Below, in pieces: positions 1-14,459 of a stretch of 64,000 nucleotides of DNA. The notes beneath the pieces were generated by a model. It saw nothing but the letters and a program-made list of their open reading frames with translations, did no database searches and had not been told where the DNA came from. Source of the DNA: Eledone cirrhosa (taxonomy: Eukaryota); contig OZ024747.1 in the NCBI GenBank assembly GCA_964016885.1, forward strand, positions 39,680,001-39,744,000, read 5' to 3'. The translations under genes and the position numbers were made by a program. Position 1 is the first letter of the stretch; the number at the start of each line of letters is the position of its first letter.

Positions 1-37
1 TCTTTTTCTCCCTATCTTTATGTTCAAATCTTTTTAT

Positions 38-84
38 TGCTGACAATCGTTTCATCCAATCTTTCGTTTGGAATCATCGGAGCA
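38..84 (-). ncRNA. Type I hammerhead ribozyme motif (U4C core) in inverted PLE pLTR fragment
   Basis: Minus strand reads UGCU-CCGAUGA-stem II-GAAA-CGAUUG-UC-AGCA; about 19-78 is an inverted copy of about 1654-1713. Confidence 0.7.
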
Positions 85-97
85 TTAGCAATGTTTG

Positions 98-362
98 TAC
101 AACTCGCACCTCCACTCTTTCAAAAATCACAATCTAGCCAGCACCACTTCTTTATCTAGCTAAATACACTCTCTGAAAACTAGGAATAGACCATATACAC
201 TGCAATGGGAAGTACTAGGTAGGGCCGCATCGTATAAACCACCGAATAAATTGTGTAAACTCTGTCTTCTAGAGACCCGTACTATAATCTTTTAGAATCC
301 TAAATAGAAAATCATAGGTGTTTTCCTCTTGCCAGCACCACTACCGACACTCGTTCCATAAC
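98..362 (+). pseudogene. Decayed Naiad-like PLE GIY-YIG endonuclease C-terminus
   Basis: Manual translation H.HSFKNHNLASTTSLS*..LQWEVLGRAASY..CKLCLLE..C.H matches the ORFs at 4505 and 61564; contains stops and frameshifts. Confidence 0.7.
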
Positions 363-1651
363 TTTAAACCTAGCTGCTAGTATATAACAATGTCAGATTT
401 GAATACCCCACCACCATTAACACTTCACCTCTAGGAGTTATCAGCCCCCACAGCATCACAATCTTTGATCTACAAAACTCCTATTTATCTCAAACCTTTT
501 ACACTACAATAACTATTAGAAATAAAAATAAAGTTACCACCTTTTAATATAACTACTATAGGTTACTTATATTATATACAGTAATGGATATATAATATGT
601 AGAGACATTTAATGTAATATGTGATAATAAATTATATATACATTTATAATTAAATATATGAATTAATATCATTTAATATAAAGGATTAACTTTTAACATA
701 ATATAATGTATATTATTAACGCAAGAGATTTAACTAATTGGACCTGTAAACAGCTATACATTTTTTCCATAACTTATATCTTGTCCAGTAATGGATAGAT
801 AACTATGTAATGAGACCTTTAATGCATTATAGGTAAATAGACTGTATTTAAAATTAAATATAAATAAATAACATTATATATAAGGAATTCATTAGAAACA
901 CAATAAAATGTATATTAGAGCAAAGAATCTAAATAATTGTTACTTTGCTATATAATTTAATTTAATTTAATTAGCTAGTTACCTCACCTTACGCATTAGC
1001 TCCCCTTAATGTTGGATCTCATACTCACTTCCGGAAATTAAACCGATAGAAAAAATTGTTGTAGAACAACTCTAATCCAGCGATAAGAATACAATAAGAC
1101 CAATTTACAATGCATTGCTATAACTAACTAAAATCATTCAATATAAACATTAACTAAAATATAATTTAACATAAGTAATGGAAAAGATAACAATAACTTT
1201 GATAATCTCAGCACATACACATTTGAAAACTACAGAAACAATCATCACATAAATTTTAATACACTAACACCTTTACTTGGTATGCTTGTATACCTGTGTT
1301 ATTTTATGTCATACATTTGCCATACAGTATTTATTTATGACTAATACCTTTGCTTGCTTCCTTCATATATAAGACTAACGCATGTGCACTCTCTATACGC
1401 TTGCATATGTACTGCTAGTGTCCTCATTCTTCCTCAATGCCTCTTTAACTATCTGACTATTTTCTTGTATTATCTGTTGCATGTATTCCAGTCTGTGCTT
1501 TTAATTTTAATTTGAATCATTGTACAATTCTCGTATAATATATGTCGCATCCATTCTACCCTGTAAATACGAAACTGTTGTTCACAACATCAATATATAT
1601 GTATCTATATGATTGTTCAGTTGAATAGGAGGTTAATTATATGTACAAACA

Positions 1652-1694
1652 TTGATGATTCCAAACGAAAGTTTGGAAGAAACGATCGTCAGCA
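1652..1694 (+). ncRNA. Degenerate type I hammerhead motif in PLE 3' pLTR
   Basis: UUGAUGA-UUCCAAAC-GAAA-GUUUGGAA-GAAA-CGAUCG-UC-AGCA; palindromic stem III; 5' strand of stem I lost. Confidence 0.6.
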
Positions 1695-1888
1695 ATAAAA
1701 TGATTTGAACATAACTTTGATAATTGTGTAATTTATATTCCTGCTCTGTAAAACACCTAATGTTCTTACATTGAGCTATTTCTCTTACTGGTAATAAGTT
1801 AGTAAGAAATTACTGACATTTCCTATTTATAGTTGTTTATAGTATATACATAACTATAAATAGTATCATTATTATTATGTATATAATA

Positions 1889-2156
1889 AAGTACCAGTAA
1901 TGCACTGGGTAATTGCTGGCCTTGTGCCTAAAGTAGAAACAATTATTATTATGTATATATATATAATAAGGGCGGTGGATTGGCAGTATCGGTAGAGGGT
2001 CGGACGCCATGCTTTCCAGCATAGTTACGTCCCTTTACGATCTGAGTTCAAATCCCGCCGAGGTTGACTTTGCCTTTCATCCTTACGGGGTCGATAAAAT
2101 AAAGTACCAGTAATGCACTGGGTGTTTGCTGGCCTTGTTCCTAAAGTAGAAACAAT

Positions 2157-2160
<4 letters not shown>
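1889..2160 (+). mobile_element. SINE (B-box, Meta-like central domain), full copy 1969-2160 preceded by a 3' fragment 1889-1951
   Basis: GAGTTCAAATCCC B-box followed by GGTTGACTTTGCCTTTCATCC..GGGGTCGATAAAATAAAGTACC; near-identical copies at 19342, 52957 and 57941. Confidence 0.85.
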
Positions 2161-2194
<34 letters not shown>

Positions 2195-2230
2195 CGTTTA
2201 TATATGTATATTCATATATAGATAGATATG

Positions 2231-3533
2231 TTTCTTTTATTTGCCACTAGGGCATCAAAAGTGGGACAAGTACAAAGGGGGGAGTTTACACAAAAAGGCG
2301 TCCTCAATAAGGAGGAGGCAATAACAAAATATAAAAATAAAATAAGATATAACAAAAAATTAAATTTTTAACAAAATCCTCAATAGAGAGGAGGCGCCTT
2401 GGGGGGTCGCACACACCCCCGAAAAAAGTGTGCAACCCTTCTCCTCAGGAGCACAGAGAAGGGGTGCTCCCTTGGTCTTTCATCTTCCTCACCTATAGTC
2501 TGGTGTAGAGTGAAGGCCCATTCACACGGGCCATTCTCGCCACTTTCACCCATCTTTCATAGAAACGGCTTGGGTGCAGCACCTCTCTCTCCATCCTGAT
2601 CCTTCTTCCGAAATGATATCGGAAGAAACGGACCAGTTGTTGGCCAGAGAGAAAGGTGCCCGACCTCAGTCCTTTCAGACGCGTCCACCATACAACCTCT
2701 TTCGCCATGGCTATTACGCACAGAAACACCGCCTCTGCTTCATCTTTGAAGGGGGGAGGCGGCTTGATCATTACAATAGACTCGGTGATCAACCGGATCG
2801 GTCCCACCCTTGACAGCAGTTGTTCGACATAGCCCCACAGATCGGCTACGCCCGAGCAGTGTACTAATGCGTGTGCAACGGTTTCCTCATCGCACACGCA
2901 TCTGGGACAGATCTTTTTGGCGGGGTCCCTACCCGGGCGCCCGTGTCTGTAGAGCCTTTCTCGAACGGGTAAAGCCCCTCGGTAGCACTGCCAGGCCAGG
3001 GACTTCTGGAAGTTGTCCATAGGTCCCGGGCTGAATGTCCTACCGAACAGGCTGGCCAGTTCGTCCTCCTCCATGTCTAGGGCTTCTCCGAGGGCGTCGT
3101 CGCACCTGCTGCGTACCAGCCCTCTATAGAATGTTGCGGTGGAGTCTCCACTGATAACCGGATCCGCCTGCCAGAGGGCGGTGAGCGCCTGGGCACACTC
3201 AGTGTGCCAGGCGCCCAGTTTTCTCGGTCTTTGCTTGACCCAGGATTGCATCTCGGTGAGTGAGACGAGTCTGGGAAAGGTTCGTCTCACAAACGAGGCC
3301 CACACCGGTTGTCCGGTGAGGAATACGTAGAGGTGCCGTAGCCTTAATGCGTGTTTACGCATCATTAGCCACGGCATCCCCAGCCCTCCTTTCGAAGGGT
3401 GTTGACAGCAGATGGATCTCCTCACCATAGGAGCCCGCCTCTTCCAAAGGAATTGGAAGAGCGCGCGCTCCATCTTGGTGAGGGTTTCCCTTGGGCAGGG
3501 CACTACGGTCAGGCGGTAGTAGATGACGGACGC
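2231..3533 (-). mobile_element. 5'-truncated Tx1-clade LINE (ORF2 C-terminus with zf-RVT, plus 3' UTR)
   Basis: ORF 2493-3503 has FLW..GGLGMP and CPRC..ETVAHALVHC motifs; homologous to 39241-40394; flanked by (TA)n and (GATA)n. Confidence 0.85.
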
Positions 3534-3534
3534 T

Positions 3535-3618
<84 letters not shown>
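3535..3618. repeat. (GATA)n microsatellite
   Basis: Direct reading. Confidence 0.95.
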
Positions 3619-3619
<1 letters not shown>

Positions 3620-4039
3620 AATGTTGTTATACATTGGGAGGGTCAAATTGTTGTAATAATATTGCCAGAAATAATTGTTATTATAACATAGACAACATAC
3701 AAATTAAAATAATATCTAAACATAGAAATGACCCAGCAGATAAGCAAATCAGACAGGCAAGCGAAATAGAGCTTAGAAGGCTAAACAGAAAAAATTAATT
3801 GAATAAACAATAAATGAATGGAATAACAACACCCAAACAAACAATACTGACTTAAGAGAAATATAAATAAATAAATAAATACACAAGCACAATAACAACA
3901 AACACATATAAACAAACACTAGTAAACTAAGTTAGATAACAATAAGCAAAACACAGCAACCCAAAAGCGAACACACACGCAAACGCATGCGCAGAGAAGA
4001 AGACAAAAATAAATAAATAAATAAACAAATAAAATAAAA

Positions 4040-7000
4040 TGAAAACTTAAATTACGTTAGTTATTACTCTAATCACCCTAAATCTGTGAAAAAAGCAATT
4101 GTAAATAGCGTACAAAAACGCATAAATAGAATATCTGCCAATAAATCAATATTTGATGAAAATGCAGGATATTACAATGACGCGCTAAAAAAGGCAGGTT
4201 ATAAAAATAATATAGAATATATAGACAATATTAATCTGAGTCTTAATCCTGATAAAAATAATGGCATGTATAAACGAAATTCTATAAATTCTAATAATTG
4301 TAATTCAAACACCTGAACTGTGAATAAATCGGGGAAAAGAACGAGAACTAAATCAGTTATATGGTCCCCCCCTCCTGCTTCTGTAGCAGTAAGAACACCA
4401 ATAGCTAATCTATTTTTAAAGCTTTAGATAGTTCATTCCCTAGTAAACATAAATACCACTCCATATTTAATAGACACACAATTAAACTTTCTTATTCTAC
4501 AACTATGAATATGGACCAAAACATCGCTAAAATAAATAGTATAATTCTAAACCAAAATCAACATAATGCTATTAATAATAGTGTTAATATAAATAATAAT
4601 AAATCAAAATGTAATTGTAGAAATAAACCATATTGCCCTCTGCAAAATAATTGTCTGGTGTATAAATGCACCGTAAAAACAAATAACAACACAAACAACT
4701 ACATAGGAGCAACTTCTTCGACATTTAAATCGAGATTTGCGAATCACAAATGCTCATTTTCGAATTTTAATAGGAAGTTCTCGACTTCTTTATCACAACT
4801 TATATGGTCATTAAAAGAAAAACATTTTAAATATTCGATCTTTTGGACGAAGCTTTGTAATAGTAAATTATATACCAACTCATTCATATCAATTAACTGC
4901 AACCTCTGCACAAAGGAGACCCTATTAATAATTAATAATTATGAAAACATAATTAACAAAAAAAGTGAATTATTCTCAAACTGCCTTCATAAAGCTTTGT
5001 CTACATTCCAAGCCTCGCAAAAAGCCAGGAAAAAACAGTAAACAATCAGGCCTGATTTTTGACGTCTCTTATCAACTGTTGGGCATAAAAAGTCATAACG
5101 GTTTATAAAACTTTAATAATGCATTATCTTCTAATCATTTATGATAGAATTAATGTTAGAATGAAGGACACTCGTTTGATAAATTGTTTACTTGATAAAT
5201 ATACATACCTTATGATGTTTGGGGTATTTATAATTTTGATTCAGATCTTTATTTATCTGTCTCTGTTCTAAATATATAGTTTGGATATATAACTTATAAA
5301 TTTACTGATTATAATTGAACTGTGGATCATTCATCCGTTTGCATATTTTATATATTTTACTCATTTTGAGTATGTTTTGGGGGACTCAGAAAGTTAGATT
5401 CGCATTTATTTTGTTTATGTATATCTAGATATAGATATAACAAACCATAATAGCCGACAAATATTGGTCTATCTCTCCACTGAACTGGAGGTAAAACTAC
5501 ATTCATAGCATTACTAATAATGATTAGAATTATTATTTTTTTATTAAATGTATACCGTTTCATTAATACCTATAACAATATCTCTATATAGTTGTACAAA
5601 TATCTTTATGTAGTGTAATAACATAATCGTAGTTACATTTATAAATAATTTAAACACCCAAATGATTTATATTATTATAAGTGTTTGATATTCCCTGGAA
5701 GGTCGAACTTATATAATCATTTACTTAATATAATATAATTTAATTTAACTTATTTTGTTTTATTTTATTTTAATTAAATATAGATTACCTTCGGCTTTTT
5801 CAAATATTTAGCTCCTCTTTATATCACATTCGCTAAAATATTTGGATATATATTTTCTATACTATGTTAAAACCCTATTGTATTTATAATATATTTTTAA
5901 TATTGGGCATTTTTAAGTTTCGCAAACAATTCATTTTCTTTTATTTGTATATTTATTTTGTATCTAGCCCCTATCATTAGGACGCATATATTTTTTACTT
6001 ATATCTTTATAGAATATATCAACTAAATGAAAATAAATTGATATAAAACCTTAATTCTTTAGCAATATTTTTAACAATATTTTTAACTATATATATTTTT
6101 GAACAATATTTTCAGTAACTTATTTACTATATTGCATTATTGCATTATTGTATTATATTATATCTATTTGAAAGGTATCACCTCAATTATAAACAAATAA
6201 TAAACTATAATCTTTGTATTTTTTAATCAATACATATATATAATTAAAAATTCGGACTTCTTTAAGTTTAGTTATAAGGCAGGTTGATACTTTAGGCACT
6301 CAAACTATTTAACAATAAATTCTTTAATAATTATTACTATAATTATTTTATAAATTATATTATAGAAACTGTTGTCAATATTATAAATAATTTTGGTAAA
6401 TATTACCTTCGTGAAGATATAAAAGCATTATATACATATTTTCTTTCTCATGTTTCGTATATCCTTTAAATTTGTTTTCATAAAATTTGGATTTTAGAAA
6501 TTAAACATAATTATAATATTAATACCAATACCTATTAACTTTTAAAACCTAAAATATTATTCATTACTCTGAAATAACTTAAATTAAATATTTTGAAAAT
6601 TAACCGCCAACTATATTATTTTGGACATGTGTTGCATATATGGAAATCTGTGTATATAAACTTGAACATAAATTATTCCCCTTTGTCTCTCTCTCTTTTT
6701 AATCATCTTTCATCTGTTTTTTCAAGCCACCTACTAAATATATTATCACATCAGCTGTTTCTTCCTCTATGCATTCCTTTCCCTTCTCTTTCTCCAGTAG
6801 CTTTTGAAAATTAAAACCTTTATAACTGTTATATTGATGCCATGTATTTCTTAAACTCTATTACACGCACCCTCTCTATTGTTTGTATTATGTTACCTCA
6901 TGTTCTCAATATAAATATTGAGTTTTGTCATAAGTTAATCACTACCATGACTGAATCTTAACCATGTCAGGGTATATCATGTATCATTTTATTTTATCTG

Positions 7001-7110
7001 ATGAGGTCGTACTGTTGAACTTAACTCAGTACCTCTGAAATATGTATATAATTGATCACAAGAATTTGTTAATATTTTGGATTAGCCGTTTCGGACCATA
7101 CCAAAATCAA
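4040..7110 (+). mobile_element. Decayed Naiad-like PLE 3' half (RT thumb, linker, GIY-YIG, long AT-rich 3' region)
   Basis: LNYV..SNHP, CNCR..CPL..CL VYKC..YIG..FKSRFANH..CNLC..CLH in ORFs 4086 and 4505; HHR near 7000; 3' boundary approximate. Confidence 0.8.
6991..7055 (+). ncRNA. Type I hammerhead motif (family also at 52699 and 52900)
   Basis: AUUUUAU-CUGAUGA-stem II-GAAA-UAUGUA-UA; 3' strand of stem I imperfect in this copy. Confidence 0.6.
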
Positions 7111-7234
7111 CATACTGATTGCGGATTTGGTACGGGTGATGAGAAACGTGTCCCGCATGTGCAACCCCGAAGAACTAGAGAGACACATACAACACTTCAT
7201 CCACCGTATGCAGTTCTCTGGTTAAATCAGAGAG

Positions 7235-8240
7235 ATAAAATCAGAGTGTATAGAGGAGTCAGAACCAAGTGGGAAAAAATGGTAAATAATGACACAAATG
7301 GGACCTGCCCCTTGTATAGGATCAAATTTTGGAATAGAATAGAAAGAACTAGGAATAAGGCTAATAGAATAAACTCATGGTATGATAGCAATAAATACCA
7401 GAATGTAATGTTCATTGATACAACCCCCAGAGGTGAATTAGCTTACAAATTTAGAAGGGCCCTAGATAAACATAAACTCAATATTAAGATAGTAGAAAGA
7501 CCAGGTACCTCCATAAAAACACTTATTAGCAAGACATACCCTTTTCAACGACCCACTGTATAGATAAGAAATGTATAACCTGTAAATTAAGCCCCCATAT
7601 TAACTGTAAAACTAGAAATGTAGTATATAGCATAAGATGTACTGAAGGACAATGTAGAGACAAAAATATAGTGTACATAGGTGAGACAGCTCGTAGTGTA
7701 GGGGAACGGATAAATGAACACTGGCGAGACCTTCAAGATAGTAAAGAATCATCTGTACTCTACCAACATGCTAAAATACAACATAAGGGTAAATTAGAGA
7801 ACATAGAAATAAAAATAGAATCTACACACAGAAAAGACGCAATGTTTAGACAAATCACGGAGGCAATAAACATAAAAGAATTACAACCAAAATTAAATAG
7901 AAAACATGAGTGGAACAGCAACATCACAACTTACAATTAAGGACAAAATGAAAACACACACGCACATAGAACAAACAACCAGCCTGTAACATGTAAATAA
8001 ACAAATAAATAAACGAATATAAACACACACAGACACCCGGATGTGGCGCATGCGCAGACTGAGCACACAACACACACACAGAAACAAGATGGCGTAGGAC
8101 AGAACAAAGGAGAGGCACAAAAACAAAGAAAAGAATCCCCAGCCACTGAAGAGGTCACATAATGTGTGACGAAAGAACTTTGACAATATATAAACAACCA
8201 TCTGGTTGTGGAACCAACCAACCAACCAACCGGAAATTTA
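7235..8240 (+). mobile_element. PLE 3' fragment, Nematis-like (linker, GIY-YIG, pLTR)
   Basis: FIDTTPRGEL..IKIVERPG..NCKTRNVVY..C..C..YIGETARS..ERINEH..EA..I..P.LN; clade assignment inferred from motifs. Confidence 0.8.
8142..8184 (+). ncRNA. Minimal hammerhead motif
   Basis: GCCA-CUGAAGA-GGUCAC..GUGAC-GAAA-GAAC-UU-UGAC; relatives at 35743 (-) and 50449 (+). Confidence 0.6.
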
Positions 8241-8396
8241 TAAATTCCGAAATTTATAAATTTATTATAATAAATTGAAGTGAAAGCAACAGGTGCGTGT
8301 GATTCTTATTGGCAACATGACCCTCCCAAAGTATAACAATATCGGTTTCAACACACGTTTTCAGATAAAGAATCTTGCTAAACAAATTCAGAAACG

Positions 8397-8468
<72 letters not shown>

Positions 8469-8747
8469 ATTACCCCGAGAGTTCCATATTAGCTAGATGC
8501 ATTTAGAATTATAATTAATGATTCCATTCTAAACTCTATCTTTACATGAAGCTAATAATATCATTAGATGTGGAAGCTAAATCTTTCTTTCTGCAGATAA
8601 CAATAGGACAAATCTTAGAGATACACCTCAAAATACTCATTCTTCCGTTCCTATTCTCTAATTTTAAGTTATTCTAGCTTATTAAAATCTTTTGCTCTTG
8701 GTAATTTTTTCCATGAGACAAGGACAATATATTTCTATATTTGTTTG

Positions 8748-8825
<78 letters not shown>

Positions 8826-9148
8826 GTGTGTGTGTATATATATATATATATAGTAAAGAAGAGAACCAAGGCATATAACATTTCGTTATGCTTATGAACA
8901 TGAATAAATAATCTATATTTATACATGTACATTTCGGGTGTTAATTTATTTCGTATGAATATCTGCATTTAAATATGTACATATATATAGATATTCATTG
9001 ATTGGTCTGTAGAGGGAGATGGAGACCGGCAGACAGACTTGAGAATGTGACAATCATACCGAGAAGTAGGCAAATAGATGGGTTACTTATGTAGTCATAT
9101 ATATATATATATATCTGTTTATCTATCTCTATCTCTCACTCTCTCTCC

Positions 9149-9183
<35 letters not shown>

Positions 9184-9192
<9 letters not shown>

Positions 9193-9341
9193 TAAAATAA
9201 CAGATTAAAGTTTAAGCAAAGAATCGCTGCTTTCACGCTTAACGGGATCTTCTGAAACTCTTACTCAGTTTCAGAAGATCCCGTTAAGGGTGAAAGCAGC
9301 GATTCTTTGCTTAAACTTTAATCTGTTATTTTAATAAATAT
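9184..9341. repeat. Fold-back inverted repeat (about 75 bp arms), each arm carrying a U4A hammerhead
   Basis: 9267-9317 reads AGUUU-CAGAAGA-UCCC..GGGU-GAAA-GCA..UGC-UU-AAACU; mirror copy at 9209-9259; other copies at 32116-32188 and 59265-59385 (partial). Confidence 0.8.
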
Positions 9342-9577
9342 TTGCTCTACGGTTCTTATATATATGATATATATTTATCCTTATCGAGCCCTCTGTGGAT
9401 TTTAGTCTTCAATTTTATTATTACTATATATATATATGTATGTGTGTGTGTGGGGGGGGGGTGCGTGTGTGCGTGTGTGTGTTTGTACGTACATATATAT
9501 ATATATATATAAGGAAAGAAGATGAAATCGAAAATGCAACTGGAGTCTTTTTTTTTTAAATATACATTTATTTAGTT

Positions 9578-9614
9578 CCTTTACCGGTTTCGCAGTTCTT
9601 CTGCCTTTCAAAAG
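9578..9614 (-). ncRNA. Minimal hammerhead-like motif (U3-A8 type)
   Basis: CUU-UUGAAAG-GCAG..CUGC-GAAA-CCGG-UA-AAG; palindromic ACCGGU stem III; A9 altered or missing. Confidence 0.5.
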
Positions 9615-11702
9615 TAGAGTTGAGATGGAGGGTCTGTGGTTTTTCTCACATCTGGTTGGTCTTTGAATGTTATTTCTGTTTTATATGAAAAAAAGTGCCT
9701 CGAAATGCCAGGTTTTTAGAGAAGTAATTTGGTTGGTTGGTGAATAAGTATAATAAATTTCGAGCCAATTCGCGTTTAAAGAGTTCTTATATTTGTCTTC
9801 AAATAAAGGGGGACGAGACTCAGGTTGTTCTTTCATATATGAGTGAAGTTTGGTTGGTTGATGCAGTCACGTGAATAAGCACATCAGATTTCGCGCCAGT
9901 TTGTGTTTAAATTTCATTTTACTTTAAAACAAAGTGGCTCGCGAGGGGTTTTTTTTTTATAAATCTAATTTGATTGGTTATAAATGAAATTATTAGACTG
10001 TAACGTGTACAAGTACATTAAATTTCGCGCCCGTATTTGGGAATTTATTTTGTAGTCTTTTAGAGAATTGTGTGCCAAACAAAAGATAATGGTCAATAAA
10101 AATGGGATAGAGAGAGTTGTTCTGGTTCAGTGAATATGGCTTGTGCGCTGGCAAGTGCTCCATGGACCAAATAAAGACCGGAGCAATATATATATATATA
10201 TATATATATATCCTTTCTACCTGGACGAATGTTTGAAGTCATTAGACTGAGGTAAATGTGGGATAATGCTTTAAAGTGTTTTACACGTACACAATGACCA
10301 GTTATACATTTTTGCACAGCTGGTATTATTTTATCGATCACCTTTTGACAAACCGTGTATATGTACTCTAGCTCCTTAATATATTGAGCTGCTTATACTG
10401 AGACTAGCACTTCACATCTCTTTCTAGAGGACACAACGTCCAGTCCTATTCATATCTGCCGCCAGTGTTAAGACATTCTTCACACTACGAGGTATAGTTT
10501 TGACTACTTCTTGCAACACGACAGATATAAATGTAATTTTGTACTTTATTGGAACGTACCCAAAGACGATTTCATTTAATGATTAATTGTGTGCGCGCGC
10601 GCGTGTGTGTGTGTGTGTGTGCGTGCGTGCGCGTTTGCCTGTGTGTGTGTGTATGTGTGTACATATGCATACATACATACATAGATACGCACATACACAT
10701 ACATACATGCATACATTCAAGCATACATATGTATATATATACATTAAAATGTTATAGTCGTATTTACATATGTATATAAGATTAAATATTCATTGAATGT
10801 TAAACAAATAATAATTATTAGTTCATCTCGGGAATTTGTGTGAGTATAAATATGTAGGGATGTACGTATACATATATGTATGCTTTTAAATCATCTATGC
10901 GTATGTATTTGTAGATATGAATGTGTACTTTTGCTGCAATATATTCATTTACCTATATATTTATATGTTGACTCCTGTATAATTATTTCTAAATGGTTTC
11001 GAGATTTCCTGAAGTTATCTGCATATTGATTTTCTAATTACTGTTTCACGATTCTAAAACGGTATGTATTATGTGAACTTTCATTATGCAAGGTCGATAT
11101 TAAAACATGCAAGGAACGTACTGTGTTGCCTTATAATAACAACCATCCACACACATACATACACACATACACACACACCAATATATCTATATACTACTAA
11201 AATTCTGTGCTTGCTTGTCTGTAATGTAATACAGCCAAAAGGGCGCATAATGGGAAAATACTTTGAAAGGAAGTTTCCCCTGAAATGGGAATACAAATGG
11301 AATAAAACAAGTTTCGTGTAAATCGAAGCACTGGTTCCCGACATATGGGGTTTTCTGGGTACCTTCATAAATAGAGAGAGAGAGGGATAGAGATAAAGAG
11401 ACAGTGGTTGTGAGAGAATAGATTGAAAAGGAAACATGGAGAGGGAGAGAGAAGGAGAGAGAGAAGGAAAATGGAAGAGTGAACTGGTGGTGTTATTGAA
11501 TGAAATTACAACCGGTGACTTCAAAGAAACAAATACAGCATTATTATATCCTGCTAAACAGAAAGGGTTTCTAAGTGTGCGTTGTGTATATGTGTGTCTG
11601 TGAGAATATATATATATATATATATGGGCCTTCCAATTTCATTTTACATTATATACATGTCTGTGTATATTTTAATTATTAAAAAAATACTTTTTAAGTG
11701 AA

Positions 11703-11737
11703 CGTGACCCAACGGCCAACGGGTCACGGATTGTCTA

Positions 11738-11738
<1 letters not shown>
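11703..11738 (+). mobile_element. Helitron-type 3' terminus
   Basis: Hairpin CGTGACCC..GGGTCACG followed by CTAG|T. Confidence 0.55.
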
Positions 11739-11817
<79 letters not shown>

Positions 11818-11920
11818 TCATTTAGTTACTTATTTATATGAAAATATATATATATAAAATGATATTAAATAAATGGAAATTATATTTATAAAACCATATT
11901 TATTCTATTATATATATTTC

Positions 11921-14387
11921 AAGGGAGTGCAGTAGTCCTTATGGGGACAGATTACTACACGACTCTAGTACTCTCAACTCTAGAAAACCAAACATATTAT
12001 GAAAAGACCCAACACTACACACAACAGAAAATAATGAGAAACCTAAAATCCTTAACAACCCTTTACAAAGAAGGCCTTACAGACAAAGAATACAACTACA
12101 TCACCAATTTGAAAAGCAGAACCAACCTCTTCTACGGTATCCAAAAGACACACAAAAGCGAAGTAATAGGTAGGGCCTGCAAGCAAGCCACAGTCATTTA
12201 CATCAATATAACTCCTCCTGATGACCTTAAATTAAGACCCATAATAGCAGGTACCACATGTGAAACACACCGCCTAAGCAACTTCCTAGATATTCTGCTT
12301 AAACCTTTCCTAAAACACATAAAAAGCTTCATAAGGGACGACCTTGACATGCTCAACCACCTCCCAACATCACTCAATAATGAACATACCCTACTAGTAA
12401 CCTTTGATGTCATCAATTTATATTCCTCCAATATCCCACACAACCTAGGTATAGAGGCAATACAATTCTGGCTTGAAAATTTCCCTACTGAACTCCCACA
12501 GCGCATCCCTAAAGAATTTGTTTTGGAGGGACTCAATTTCATCTTGGAAAACAATTCCTTCGAATTCAATGCCAAATACTACAGACAGAAATCTGGGACT
12601 ACCATGGGCACGAAAGTAGCCTCCTCATACGCCAACCTTGTCATGGGATATTTGGAAACCACTCTCTACCGCAAAGTTCTAGACAAATACGGTAACCACT
12701 TCTACCAACACATAGAAAAGAACTGGAAGAGATATCGGGACGACTGCTTCATCCTCTGGCATGAAAGTATAGAAAGACTGATTGAGTTTAAAACCCTTCT
12801 GAATGGACTCAACACAAACTACAATTCACAATGGATTACAGCCATGAACAACTCTCTTTCCTCGACATCCTCATCAAGAAAACAAACAACAAAATAGAAA
12901 CAGACATATACTACAAACCCAGAGACTCCAAACAATACCTTCCATTCAACTGGTGCCACCCTCGACATACCAAAATAGCAATTCCTTATAACTTAGCCAG
13001 AAGGATCTGCACAATAGTTTCAGATAAATACACATGCTACAAACGACTAGAAGAATTAAAAAACCCACTTATCAGTAGAAACTACCCACCATCCCTAATC
13101 AACAATGGATTCCAACGTGCCCTAAAACTCGACATCCAGGAACTCAGACACCCCAAACCCAGGAATGAACCGCAACAGAAAACTCTACCATACATCTGCA
13201 CACACAATCCCTTCAACAATGAGGCATTCGATACCATCCTCCAGATTATTCCTTTACTAAAAAAAAAGAGACCCAAGAATGAACAAAATCCTCCAAACAC
13301 ACATCATAAAGAGCAAAAGACAACCTAAATCCATAAAAAACATCCTCACACAAGCCAAAGTCCAACAAACCCTCAGAATGAACCCTACAGTAACAAAATG
13401 CGGAAGGCCCAACTGTGGCATATGCATAAATCTAATAGAAGGTTCAACATTCTATTTTAAACAAGGACAACATTTCACAGTTAAACACAACTTTACGTGT
13501 GCATCTGAAAACCTAATCTATATTTTGACCTGCTCAGGTTGTCAAGAGCACTACATAGGACAGACAAAAAACAGCCTCCGACAACGTATGACCGCCGTCC
13601 ATAAATCGCAAATCAAAATACAGGACTACAGAAAGATTGCGTAAGTGAACATATCGCCAATTGTGCACCCAACCAACATTCAAACTTTAAAATTTTTTCC
13701 CCATTTACAAATTCATAGACAACGCTATTTTCATCCATCGTACCAATAAGGAAACGTATTTCATTAACAAATTCCAACCTCTACTTAATGCACTAAACTA
13801 CGGACTAAACTAAAACTGGAACGAACAATGAAACATTTACAAATACCTATGTCTCTCTAAAGAGTTACTTCCCTAACACCCGACCTAATCCTTTTTTTTA
13901 AATAAATTAAATATCATCCAGCATTTCTCTCCCACCCTGAATTACCTCCCCTCGCATATTAACTCACTAAAAAGGAAAATCATATCAAACCCCAGCCCAC
14001 CATTTGCCTCCATCATGAATCAACTAAGCACTCCTGCTATATTAACACATTTTGATCTGCTTATCTTCAAGAACTATGCTTGTAAATAACATTATTTTTT
14101 CTGCACCATTTCTTTAACATGTCCAACACCACCATTCTACACCAATACATATTATTATCTTTTGATAATGCATAAAAATGCTGAAACCGGTAATTAGACA
14201 ATTATTAATTATATAAATAAATAAATAAATGCCATTGTTAATTAATAAATAAATCAACTAATAACTTAACACTTCACACAAAGTAAAATATTTCGTTTTA
14301 ATCATTTTCTAACCCAGAAAAAAAGAGAAAAAATAAAAAGGGAAAAAGATATATTTTTCTACCTAATAATCGTCTTTTTCTCCTTGT

Positions 14388-14390
<3 letters not shown>
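11921..14390 (+). mobile_element. 5'-truncated Neptune-like PLE (RT and GIY-YIG, frameshifted)
   Basis: FYGIQKTHK, LRPII, FDVINLY, GTTMGT..YANL, RY(R)DD, FLD, CGRPNCGIC..LIY..C..C..YIGQT; degenerate HHR at 14155-14198. Confidence 0.92.
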
Positions 14391-14453
<63 letters not shown>

Positions 14454-14459
14454 AAGGTA

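Noticed and set aside
4311-4320. In-frame TGA in a Naiad-like ORF as possible selenocysteine (some Naiads encode selenoproteins)
   Set aside because: It lies in a variable linker, not at a conserved Cys; the copy has other stops and frameshifts; no SECIS was recognised
10420-11550. Possible minus-strand host exons with faint NIDO-domain-like words (FVFPF..YAPFW near 11230-11300; TIPRS..GR near 10430-10510)
   Set aside because: Weak or absent splice donors, an in-frame stop and missing intervening motifs; needs TBLASTN or RNA-seq support
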